The notes under the pieces: model-generated
Database searches by the model: none
Seen by the model: the letters and a program-made list of their open reading frames with translations, nothing else
Told to the model about the DNA's origin: nothing
Source: Geosiphon pyriformis uo1
Lineage: Eukaryota; Fungi; Glomeromycota
Assembly (NCBI GenBank): GCA_016748015.1
Contig: JAAOMT010000254.1
Coordinates: 210,532 to 274,531 of the forward strand
Direction of reading: 5' to 3'
DNA length: 64,000 nt
Part shown: positions 1 to 11,986 of the stretch, piece by piece
How the letters are laid out: each line of letters starts with the position of its first letter
Position numbering within the stretch: position 1 is the stretch's first letter
Made by a program: the position numbers and the translations under genes

Positions 1-171
1 ACATCACTCAGAAGTCCCACCAGACAACAAGAACCCCTTCAAACTAGTTCCAATCTCCTTGACTTTCTAGCTGAAAATTGAAGTGAACACTCTGAGACAA
101 CAGTAAATGAAGAAAACGACTCTGAAATATTTGAAAAAGAATCAATAGACAGTGAAAACAAAGAAGACAAA

Positions 172-1250
172 ATGACAGCATACATTGCAAAAATCCCTGA
201 ATTTAATGGAGAAGACATTAAGACCAGTCTCCAAGAATGGCTCGACCAAGTTACTAAAGCTGGAGATGCAAATGGATGGAATGCTGCCAGAATGTTAAGA
301 ACAATTCTTTACTTTCTCAAAAGAACAGCAGATGAATGGTTCGAAAACTTGACCACCCCTTTTAATGACTGGACAGCTTTCAAAACTGCCTTCTTAGAAC
401 AATTCACCAATAACAACACCTCAATTACACTTCAAAATCATTTTCACAATATCAAACAAGAACTCTCCAAATCTGTCATGACTTATATTGGGAAATTCAA
501 CAAACTTTTTAGACGAATTCGCCAACTTGAAACTAATGATTATTATTCCAATGCTCAAATCTTGGATCAATTTATTGCTGGTTTAAAAGATAAACTGATT
601 AAAAAGGTTTGCCCACATGCTTCAGAAGATTTAAACTCTGCCATTCAGCATGCAAAGAAATATGAAATGGCCATGAAAGAAGCCAATCGTACAAAACTTG
701 TGAACTTAGCCATTAGAGAGACCAGCTCAGCAGCTAAAAAAAAATTGACCAACTCACAAAAAAAGTCGAAAACTATTTCACCAACCAACAACAACAGCAA
801 TCCCAAAGATATCAACTACCCCAAAGACAGAATTAAAACAACTTTGTATTATCCTCTAATAACCAGTCTCAGAATTGCCATTACTGTGGAATTCCTGGCA
901 ACTGGAAAAGAGATTGCAGAAAGCTACAACGAGATTAACAAAACAGGAGTAATTAATGTTATCCTTTGCCACAACAATTTTATTACCAATCACTACTACT
1001 ATTAGCTTACTATTCATCAAGACTGCAATATTAAACTGACTACTATTAACCTGCTCCACAGCCAATGCAACAATAATATCGACAACCCATTCAATATTAC
1101 CAAGTACCTGCTCGAAGATTGGTTCAACAAAACCAATTTGCACCACAAAACCAATTTGCAACAAACAACAACAGAATCAACCCAAATAACCAATTAGTTC
1201 CCCGAAATCTAGCTCAACAAGATTCATTCATTATTATACTCAACCTAGCT
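172..1250 (+). pseudogene. gag: Gag (capsid-like domain + CCHC knuckle), frameshifted
   Basis: IPEFNGE..QEWL..ANGWN..ADEWF; degenerate knuckle CHYCGIPGNWKRDC at ~875-920 in a shifted frame. Confidence 0.85.
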
Positions 1251-1329
1251 ATCTTACAATACCTGAAGAACAGGATTTTTACCATACTGCACTCTCAGAA
1301 GGTAGAGCTACAGCACGACAACAAAACTC

Positions 1330-4300
1330 TTCCTATACTCCTACCACAATTCTACCAGCCAGAATTGCTGAAAATGCCAACCTTTCAGATATATTCTCTT
1401 TTGAGTTTGAAGCAAATAAGTCACCATTCCTGCTTAGCAATACAACCGCCAATAAACAAAAAGCAATTACTGCTATGTACACTAAAGCAAAAATTAAAAA
1501 AAAGACAATTCACTTGATCCTAGACAATAGATCCACTGGAAGCATCATTACCTACCAGTTAATGCAACAGTTAAAGAGAAATGCTGACTGACCAGCTCAA
1601 ACAGTAATCATTACTGCCAATGGCATAAAAAAGACTCCAGTAGGAGAAATTGACAATTTTCTATTCATTCTCGATGGAATCACCATTCTAGTCAAAGTTC
1701 TTATAATGGATGCGCCCCAGTATTAAGCCCTTGTCAGAAATGATTGGCTCCAAAAAGCCAATGCAAAATTAGACTGGAAAACCCAAGAATTACAACTCTT
1801 CTATCAAGGACAACATGCCCGAGTATCTACTACTTGTGGTATATTCAACAAACAATCAGAGAAAGCTCCTGTCTTTGAATTTGAAGAAAAGGAAGAAAAG
1901 CCTGTAGTCAAAACATTTATGGCACTTGAATCAACATCTAACTGGGCTGAAGAAACTGAGCAAATGTATTTTGCAACAAACTCATATCCAAAGGAACCAG
2001 AAACCTCTGGATGAAACATCTCATATTCTAAACCAGAACCAAAAAAACGACACTCTTACATTCTGCTCAAATGCAAAGACTGTTACAAGAAACTCTTCTT
2101 AATGGAAGCCTGCATTTCACCTGAAGAAGAATATGAAAATCATACTTGTTATTACTGCAAGACTTGCCACAGAGAATGATGGAGCCATCTAATAAAAAGA
2201 AGTGGAAAATAGGACAACACCCCTTGTTTGACTTGTGGAGATATGCTACTGGAAGAATGCAATTGGATTGATGTAGCAATGAGAAGAGGAGTCTGTAATC
2301 AGACCTGCCAATATGCTTTATCAATTTCAAAAAAAGTCAAAAGAGAAACACCCTTTGATGCAACATACAACAGTGCTCTTAACAAACTTTATTACTACTT
2401 CCATGATGTTGAGATGATTTTTGACTTAGCAATGGCATTAGTTAATGGAGCTACCAAAAAAAATGTCCATCAAATGAAAAAAGCAGAATACATTGAATAC
2501 ACTATAGAATTAGCTGGATTTAATTACAAAGATAAAGTAAAAGTCTACCACCAAATTGCAAGTCACACTTACCCAATCCAAGAAGCTCAAATTCAATGAT
2601 TAGAACAAATAAACATTAAGCTATGTGAAGAATGCATTATGTTTTGTAATGAACAGTGGTGTCCTGAATGCTATGCTTTTAGCATTTTTCTGCCCAGTGA
2701 AAATGATGAAAATGAAATTGAATTTGGAGAACCTGAAGCAACAGAAAAAATTGAAGCAACACCCATTTATCTTATCAAAAATCAGCCTTCCTTACAACTC
2801 AAATACTTCAACAACAATGGACAAGGAATAAAACCTGAAAAAGCACATGAAATTGATGCTAAATATGACTTAAGATATCCAAACAAGGATACTCTTGTTC
2901 TCAAACCCAAATCTCTTACAAAAATCAACCTTAAAATTGCCCTTGAAATCCTGCCAGGAGCAATGATTCAAATCGTCTCCTGGTCTTCTCTGGCAAGCAA
3001 AGGAATCAATATTAGAGAAGAAATAATCAATGCTGGATATACTTGATATAACAGTAATACTCCAAAATGAAACCAATAAATCTTTCAAGATTAAACATGC
3101 TGAAAAAATTGCCCAAGCTATATACTTACCCCTAATTAACATTTCGGGTTTGCAACTAGTTAATCAAAGAGAACAATTAGGAAAAAGCAATAGAGGAACC
3201 CAAGGTTTTAGTTCAACTGGATGATTCACAGTTCTAGTAAACATAGCTCTTAATGCACAAAATGAATCTCACCAGATTCTATGACTTCCACAATCAATTA
3301 CTATTTCACCCTTTAGAAAACATCCAGAAATCTACACCTGCCCAAAGCCAATAACTGCACAACAAATTTTTGAGTCCAATGAACAAATCTGCTTGGAACA
3401 TAATATCTCGATCCCAAATATTTACATTCTAGAAGAAACAAAGAAAGTCCGAGTTACTTTTTACAATCCCAACAATTACTCCATAGTTTTATTAAATAAC
3501 ATAGAAATTGGAGTTATTCACAGTAACATCTTTCAACAAGAATTACCTCAGACAGTTCCCAATTTTTCAGAAATTATTGAACATTTACTACCAAAAATCA
3601 ACCCAAATCCCAGTTCTGAAAACTACCATGTTGTCATAGAAAAACTATCTCAAATCAACATGGGACAACTTGAACCACAACAACAGAACTAGCTTAAAGA
3701 GCTAATTGCAGAATTTGCTAATATCTTTGCTGAAAACAACAATGACTTAAGAAGAACCGATTTGGTTCAACACCAAATCTATACAGGAGATGCCAAACCA
3801 AGGCAACAACAAGCCTACCAAGTTGCTCCAGAAAGTCACCAATTTATCCAAGAAGAAGTACAACGGATGCTTAACAATGGGCTTATTCAACCATTAATGA
3901 ATCCATGGGCCTCACTTGTGGTCCTAATTAAGAAAAAAAATGGAAAGATATGATTTTGTGTTGATTATTGACAATTCAACAGCATCATTATTGAAGATGC
4001 CTACCCTTTTCCCCAAATTGATAACATGTTAGATGCTCTTGGAAAATCCAAATACTTTTCAACACTAGATCTAGAAAGTGGATACTGGCAAGTTGTCATG
4101 GATCCCAAAGATCATCCCAAAACAGCCTTCACAACCCAAGAAAGAAATTATGAATTCAATGTAATGCTTTTCAGATTATGCAATGCACCAGCAACATTTT
4201 AGAGATTAATGGATGTTGTGTACAAAGGACTCCTTTGGAAGTCAGTAGTTATTTATCTTAATGATACTGATGTTTATTCTCTATCATTTGAATTACACTT

Positions 4301-5063
4301 AAAACATCTGTGAAAAGTTTTTCAATGATTACGAAAAGCAGGACTGAAACTTAACATCAAAAAATGCTACTTTGAAAAAACAAGCTTGGCCTTCCTTGGT
4401 CATATTGTTAGTAAAGATGGAATCAAACTGGACCCTGGAAAAATCAGCACTGTCAAAAACTTCAAAACTCCTCGAAACACTACAGAACTAAGAGGATTCA
4501 TAGGATTAGCCTCCTATTATCAAAAGTTTATCAAAGGATTCTCAGAAATTGCAAAACCTCTCAACCAGTTTACCACCAAAAACATTGAATACAAATAAAC
4601 TGCTGAACACCAAAACACATTTGAAATCCTCAAAGAAAAACTAACAACAGCTCCAATTCTTGCCTATCCAGATTTCAGCAACCAATTCTGATTAGCAACA
4701 GATGCCTTTTATACTGCCTTTGGCACTATCCTATCACAATTAGATGACAATGGAAATGAGCAAGTAATTGCTTATGCTAGCAGAACATTGAAACCAGCTG
4801 AGAAAAATTATCCTGCCACAGAACTAGAAACAGCAGCCATAATTTGGGCTCTACACCACTTCAACCTTTATCTCAGACCTAAAGAATTTGATATTATCAT
4901 TGATAATATTGGATTCAAATGGTTACAAAACAAAAACACCCAACTCAATGCAAAACAAATCTGATGGATAGGATTTTTAGCAAACTATCGATATATAATA
5001 CACCACAAACCAGGAAAACTTCATACCAATGTTGACTGTCTCTCAAGAATGAGGCAAGATTAA
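1330..5063 (+). pseudogene. pol: Pol: aspartic protease, Cys-rich domain, dUTPase, RT, RNase H (many stops)
   Basis: LILDNRSTGS (degenerate DSG); PWASLVVL; DLESGYWQ; YLND (YLDD); FLGHIVS; TDA..GTILSQ; ends VDCLSRMRQD-TAA. Confidence 0.9.
2790..3222 (+). pseudogene. dut: dUTPase domain within A1 pol
   Basis: PEKAHEIDAKYDL, WSSLASKG, IINAGY, EKIAQAI, RGTQGFSSTG match trimeric dUTPase motifs I-V. Confidence 0.9.
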
Positions 5064-5111
5064 AAAAATAAACCAATACTCAATCCAAACAACAGAAACA
5101 GCCACCAAACA

Positions 5112-6430
5112 ATGAATCCTGAAAACTACAACAATATCAAACAATATTTAGAGATTTTCTACACAACAATATTATTTATTATCGAAACTTCTGAAATCCA
5201 GACAAACCACTCAGATTAATACAAAAATGTGAAAAGGAAACTATCTTAAACAACATGTACTCAAACCCTTCATCAGCACATTTAGAAAAAAATAGCACCA
5301 CCCAAAGAACATTAGAACACTACTTTTGGCCTCGAATGAGAAAAGAAATTTATGAATATGTTAAATCTTGTGATAGTTGTTAAAGAAGAGAAAGAACTCA
5401 CCCTACAGAACTTTTAAATCCAATCAAAGTTGGACAACCTTTTGACCAAGTTGGTATCGATTTAGTCAGACCATTACCTATCACAAATCAAGGAAACCAT
5501 TATATCACAGTAGCTATAGACTATCTCACTAAATGGCCCGAAGCCAGAGCCATTCAATGAGCAGATGTGAAATCAGTAGCAAATTTCATTTACAAAGACA
5601 TTATCTGTAGACATGGTTGTCCAATCAAACTTTTGTCTGACCAAGAAACACATTTTGTGAACAATTTAATCTAAGAAATTTGTAAACAATTCAATGTCAA
5701 AAGACCATTGTCTTTACTCTACCATCCATAAACAAATAGACTTGTAGAATATTTCAATAGGACACTGTGTAAATCATTAGCCAAAGTCTCAACTGATTTT
5801 GAACAGGAATAGGATATCTTTATTCTATCAGTGTTACTAGCATATAGAACACTAAAACAAGATACCACAAAACACACACTATTTGATTTAACTTACGGAA
5901 AGACAGCAACATTACCAATTAGTTTCACAATAGAAATATATTCAGTATAACCAATTAATAAAGACAACTTTCAGGAAACACTACAACAAAAAGCCTATAC
6001 TCTGCTTAGCACATTGGAAAAAAAACAATGAATAGCAGCCACCCATATTAAACACTCCCAAGCTCAACAAAAAAAACGGCATAACAACAAATTACTTTCA
6101 GTTACCAATGAATTTAAAATTGGAAACAAAGTTCTTTTATACAGAACTAAAGCTGAAAAACAATGGAGTAGAAAATTTGAAAATAAATGGGATGGACCAT
6201 TTTTTATCCATGAAGTCCTAGGCAATAGATCATACAAGCTAAGACTTGATAACAAAATTCTAGCAAAAGTTGCACATGGAGATTGTTTGAAACACTATAA
6301 TTCCAGACACAATCCTGAACCATTAATTCCACAAATTGGTACACATTCCTCTTTAATCAATCCCAAAGATATTTCCCAAAATTTAGAACCAATAGTTGTC
6401 ATTAAACAACCTCCCAACTTGAACACTTAA
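5112..6430 (+). pseudogene. Integrase (separate ORF)
   Basis: Own ATG (MNPENYNNIK); CDSC zinc motif; PFDQVGIDLV; DYLTKWPEA; LSDQ; WDGPFFIHEV GPF motif; no chromodomain seen. Confidence 0.88.
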
Positions 6431-6552
6431 CTTAAATTTATTATTATAGTTATCTCCTTATAATTTAGAAACAATCTCACAAAAACAAAGCAAAAATAAC
6501 ATAAAAACTCATACACCAAAAATAATTTTCTTTTATTTTCAAATCTCTTATA

Positions 6553-7271
6553 ATGACTATTCCTTAAAACATTCAACAATTATCCCAAAAACTAATGTTA
6601 GCTTTAAAAACAATACCAAATTATCTATTACTGTTACTGGAAACCACATTAATTATACCCAAACAGAAATAGTTACAAATTTAGCCCCAAATTCACGAAA
6701 ATATCACCCATATAAGAAGAACACAAAAAGTTATTCTGGAATTCACCTGCCAAACCTTTTAAAGCTTGCTTTAAGAGAAAACTTAATGCTCATTTCTATT
6801 AGTATTCCACCAAATACTACTATTCAACAAAAACTTCAACTGTTTCTTAAAAAAAAAAACTATGACTATACTCTAATATATAGATATTTTTACATTGGAA
6901 AAACACTTCACAAACAAAAACGGGAGCTTACAGCAGCAAATTTCACAAAAGAAGCTATTCGGAAACAACTCCACAATGAATTCAAGACAACAACTGGATC
7001 TACAAACAGTCATTATAAACTAAGAGCTGTTCTTAGACTTTATGACTTATTCCACATCTGTGAAAACGTCCTACAAAACCCAATTTTACAGCCTTTGAAG
7101 ATTCAATATATTGGAAAGCTCACAGAACTGAAATTTCAACAATTTTCAAACCAAATTTCTTCAATAATTTTGGATTATTATCTGGAAATTACAGACAGTA
7201 CTTGGACTTTGATGGAGCTCAGTCTTGAGAAAAAGGTTATATTACTAGACAAAATTAGAGATATTGTTTAG
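6553..7271 (+). pseudogene. ORF X, accessory ORF of unknown function 3' of integrase
   Basis: Homologous to 10330-11037 and more distantly to 41508-42071. Confidence 0.7.
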
Positions 7272-8224
7272 CATAAAATTACTTTTATAAATCTTATCAT
7301 TAATTAGCATATATTATCATTTCAAATTATTACTTATTACATTAGCAAAATGTCCGAAATTATTATTTAATTAATAACCCAATTTGTACATAACACAAAT
7401 GTAACCTAAGTGCAATGATCAATCATGTAATACCCTGAAATATGTAACATTCAAAAGTTCACCAAAATTTGTAGAAATTTACTGAAATAATTGATAGTTC
7501 ACCAAAATATCTAATAGTTTGCAGAAATAACTTGTAGTTTGCCAAAATGTATCTTTAGTTTGGTGAAATTATAGAAAAAAGCAAAGTTCAAGTTCATAGA
7601 ATAGTGTTACGACAAGTTGTATAAAAAAAAAGCTTCTCTCTTTAAGAAAATGTATCTTACTTCAGATTAAACAATTAGAATTACCCTTTATACACAAAAA
7701 CAAAATAACTATCAAATAAATTTGAAAAGCCAAATTCTTAATTATTTCCCTTGAAATTAACCAATTCCTATTAACAGTTTGAAATTAATTAGCTACCAAT
7801 TTTAGTAGACTGTTAAAGCACTTCCAGGCCTGGATCTGAAACAACTTCCATAAATCACCAGTTTTACTTTTCTTTTACATTTTTTTTATTCTCTTTAATT
7901 TCTTATTATAAATTATTTGGGTAGCCTACAGACAAAGATTCCTGTAAAAGAGTTGACTTTCACAGCAAAGTAACTACACATTTTTAATGAGCTTCTAGAT
8001 GAGCAATTTCTGGGAAAGAATTGATGTTTACTACAACATAACTATACAAAGTAACTGGCACAGAATTGGTCATTCCACTTATAAGCCCAGCAGTTTAAAT
8101 TATAGGAGATAATTTGAAGATAAAATTCAGTTATCGGAGGTTCAAACACTTCCCATAGTCATGAATTAACAGCATTACAACAAACATACAAGAGCTAAGA
8201 AGAGACCAAAAACCTCTGGTAACA
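7240..8224 (+). repeat. 3' LTR of A1
   Basis: TAT(=TGT)..TAACA ends, preceded by purine tract, TATA-like TATAAAA at ~7620, aligns with 11018-11986. Confidence 0.88.
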
Positions 8225-8791
8225 CTACTCAACTATTTCACCAACAAAAATGTGCTATATCAATGAACTGAAAAACAACAGAAAGCCTTTGACACTCTTA
8301 AGACAAAATTAACAACAGCCCTAGTTTTTGCTTATCCAAATTTTAACAAATGATTCCAACTAACCACTGATGCTTCACATATAGCTTTTGGTGCCATTCT
8401 GTCACAATTAGATAAAAATGGCCAAAAACAAGTCATTGCCTATACCAGTAGAACACTCAAGCCAACAGAATTCAAATATGGCTCAACTAAATTAGAAGCT
8501 GCTGCAGTTATTTGTACTATTAAACATTTTCAACAATATTTGAAAAATGGAAAAAAATTTGATATTATAACTAACAATATTGGTCTCAAATGGCTTAATA
8601 AAAAGAAAACTGAACAAAGTGCCAAACAGTCTCGATAGAATAATTTTTTAGCAGACTACAAATATATTGTACACCACAAACCAGGAAAACTACATACTAA
8701 TGTTGATAGCCTCTCAAAAATGAGACAAGATTAATATCAACAACAAATCCATTACAATTTACCAACCTACCAACAAAATAACCAAACAACA

Positions 8792-10178
8792 ATGGATCCC
8801 AGAAATTATAACAACATTAAAAACTATTTGGAGACTCTTATCATACCAGAAAATTGGTCTCTAAGTGAAAAACATCGATTACAACACCAATTCAAACAAT
8901 ATTTCATACACCACAACAAAATCTATTACAAAAATTGCAAAAACCCAAATCAACCACTTAAATTAATACAGAAGAATGAAAAAAAAAACAATTCTATACA
9001 ACATGTACACAGATCTTTCTTTAGCACACTTGGAAAGAAATAGAACAATTTAAAAAACTCTTGAATATTACTTTTGGCCTCACATACAAAAAAACATTTA
9101 ACAATATGTAAAATCTTGTGATAATTGTCAAAAAAGAGGAGGAACTTGCCCTACAGAATCTTTAAATCCAATCAAAGTTGAACAATTTTTTGACAGAGTT
9201 GGAATTGATTTAGTCGGACCATTACCTATCACAATCCAAGAAAATTGTTATATTGCAGTTGCAGTAGATTATCTTACCAAATAGCCTGAAGCTAGAGCCA
9301 TCCAAAGAGCAGACACAAAATCAGTAGCAAATTTTATCTATGAAGACATTATTTGTAGACATAGATGCCCAATTGAACTTTTATCTGATCAAGAAACACA
9401 TTTTGTGAACAACTTAATACAAAAAATTTGTGTACAATTCAATATTAAAAGACTTTTATCATCATCTTATCACCTCCAAACAAATAGACTTGTAAAATGA
9501 TTTAATAGAACATTGTGTGAATCTTTAGCCAAAGTTTCAACAGATTTTGAGCAGAAATGAGATATCTTTATTCCATCAGTGTTACTAGCATACAAAATAC
9601 TAAAACAAGATACTACAAAACACATACTATTTGATTTTACTTATGAAAGAACAGCAACATTACCAATTAATTTCACAGTAAAAACATATCCAGTGCAACC
9701 AATTAATGAAGAAAACTTCCAAGAAACACTTCAAAGAAAAGCTTATACTTTTTTTAGTATATTGAAAGGAAAAAAATACAGAGCAACCACTTATATTAAA
9801 CACTCCCAAGCCTTACAAAAAGAAAGACATAACAACAAACTGCGACAAGTTACCAATGAATTTAAAGTTGAAAATAAAGTTTTCTTACACAAAACTAAGG
9901 CTGAAAAACAATGAAGTGGAAAATTTAAACATAAATGGGATAGACCATTTTATATCCACGAAATTCTAAACAATGGATTATACAAGTTAAGACTTGATAA
10001 CAAAGTACTGGCAAAAGTTGCACATAGAAATAGACTAAAACACTATCATTTCAGAAACAATCCTGAACCATTAATTCTACAAATTGGTATACATTTTTCT
10101 TTAATTAATCCTGAAGATATTCTCTGAAATTTAGAACCAATAATTATAATAAAACAACAACCAAACTTGAACACTTAA
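8792..10178 (+). pseudogene. Integrase (separate ORF)
   Basis: MDPRNYNNIK start; CDNC; DRVGIDLVGP; LSDQ; homologous to A1 IN. Confidence 0.88.
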
Positions 10179-10329
10179 TTTAACATAATTTTACAATAAT
10201 CCTTTTAATAACACACAAAAACAAAAATAGTAAATAATTACAAAAAACACCCAAACCTAAAAACAAATAAAATTCCATATCCAAAAAATTATTTTTTTTA
10301 TTTTTTTTTATTAGCTAACCATTTTTATC

Positions 10330-11037
10330 ATGATTATTCCCCGAAATATCCAACAAATATCCCAAAAATTAATGTTAGCTTTGAAAACACTTCCTGATTT
10401 ATCCATAATAATTAATAGAAGTCAAATTAATTATATTTAGAAAAAAACCACAGCTCCAGTAGTAAATAATTCTCAGAATTATTATCCTTATAGAAAAAAA
10501 ACAAAAAGTTACTCTGGAAATCAATTACCAGAACTTTTGAAGCAAGCACTAAAAGAAAACCTTTTATCTGTCCCTATTGACATTTCACCAAATACCACAA
10601 TGCAACAAAAATTTCTATTATTCCTCAATAAACAAAACAATGAACATACTCATATATATAGATATTTTCATATTAGAAAAACATTTTATGAACGAAAACT
10701 GGAACTTGAAGCAACCAATATTACTTCTAAGACTATACAAAAACAAATTCACAATGAATTCAAGACAGCAACTAGACCAACAAACACTTGCTACAAACTT
10801 AAAGCAGTATTTAGACTCTATAATTTATTCAATACTTGTGAAAACGTCCTACAAAACCCAATACTCCATTCAATGAAGATACAATACATTGAAAAGCTCA
10901 CAGAACTGAAATTTTAACAATTTCCAGACCAGATCACTTCAATTATCTTGGACCACTATCTTAACATTACAGATAGTGCTTGGACTTTGACAGAGCTCAG
11001 TCTTAAGGAAAAAATTATGTTATCAGTAGAATTTTAG
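10330..11037 (+). pseudogene. ORF X of A2
   Basis: One frame from ATG 10330 with point stops; similar to A1 ORF X. Confidence 0.7.
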
Positions 11038-11986
11038 CTATTAATTAGCATAAAATGACCCTCATAATTCCTATTATTAATTAGCATATTATTATTATTT
11101 CGAATATCACTTATTATTTAATCAAATTATCAAATATTATTACTCAATCAATAATTCGATTTGCACCATAGAAATTAAGATGATCAAATTACACAATACT
11201 CTGAACCATTTAACATAGTCAAAATTTGCCGAAATTAATGAAAATTGGCTGAAATAATCAATAGTTCAATGAAATAACTTGTAGTTTGCTAAAATGTATC
11301 TTTAGTTTACCCAAATTGTAGCAAAGAGAAAAATGCAAGTTTAAAAATTAGTACTACAACAAGTTGTATAAAAGAAGAGCTTCTCTCTTCAAGAAAATGT
11401 ATCTTCTCATAGTATATTACCATAGTATCTTACTTTATATATCTTAATTGAAACAAATTATCTTTTACATATTTCAAATAAAAATTAAATATTGAAAACC
11501 CAAATTTTTTAATTATTGCACTTGAAATTCTCTCAACACAACTAATGTTTTGAAATTAATTAGCTACCAATTTCAATAATCTGTTAGTGACTCCAGGCCT
11601 GAATAGAAAACGTTTCTCTTGTTAGAATTCTATTTCTTTTATATTTCTTTTATTTTCTTTTTTTTTTTTATTATAATTATTAAGGTAGTCTACAAATGAG
11701 ATTCCTGTAGAAAAGTTGACTTTTATAGCAAAGTAACTACACATTTTTAATGAGCTTCCAGATGAGCAATTCCTGGAAAAAAGTTGACATTTACTACAAC
11801 ATAACTACACAAAGCAACTAGCATAGAATTGGCCATTCCACTTATAAGCTCAGCAATTCAAATTATAGGAGATAATTTGAAGATAAATTCAGTTACTGGA
11901 GGTCCAACTACTTCCTGAGAATGTGAATTCACAGCAAATCAACATTAACAACATTCAAGAAAAAAGACCAAAAACTTCCAGTAACA
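11018..11986 (+). repeat. 3' LTR of A2
   Basis: TGTTA..TAACA; homologous to 7240-8224. Confidence 0.88.

Larger units (their letters stand above)
1..8224 (+). mobile_element. Ty3/Gypsy LTR retrotransposon, family A copy A1 (5' end outside window), inserted in pol of copy A2
   Basis: Order is gag-PR-Cys-rich-dUTPase-RT-RH, IN, ORF X, purine tract, LTR. Sequence after the LTR resumes in the RT/RH connection of a sibling element. Confidence 0.93.
8225..11986 (+). mobile_element. Gypsy family A copy A2, 3' part (RH, IN, ORF X, LTR); inserted in LINE L1
   Basis: Colinear homology with A1 ~4560-8224; RH ends VDSLSKMRQD-TAA at 8734. Confidence 0.92.

Noticed and set aside
6553-7271. ORF X as an env gene
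   Set aside because: Short and hydrophilic, with no visible signal peptide, TM anchor or fusion-protein features
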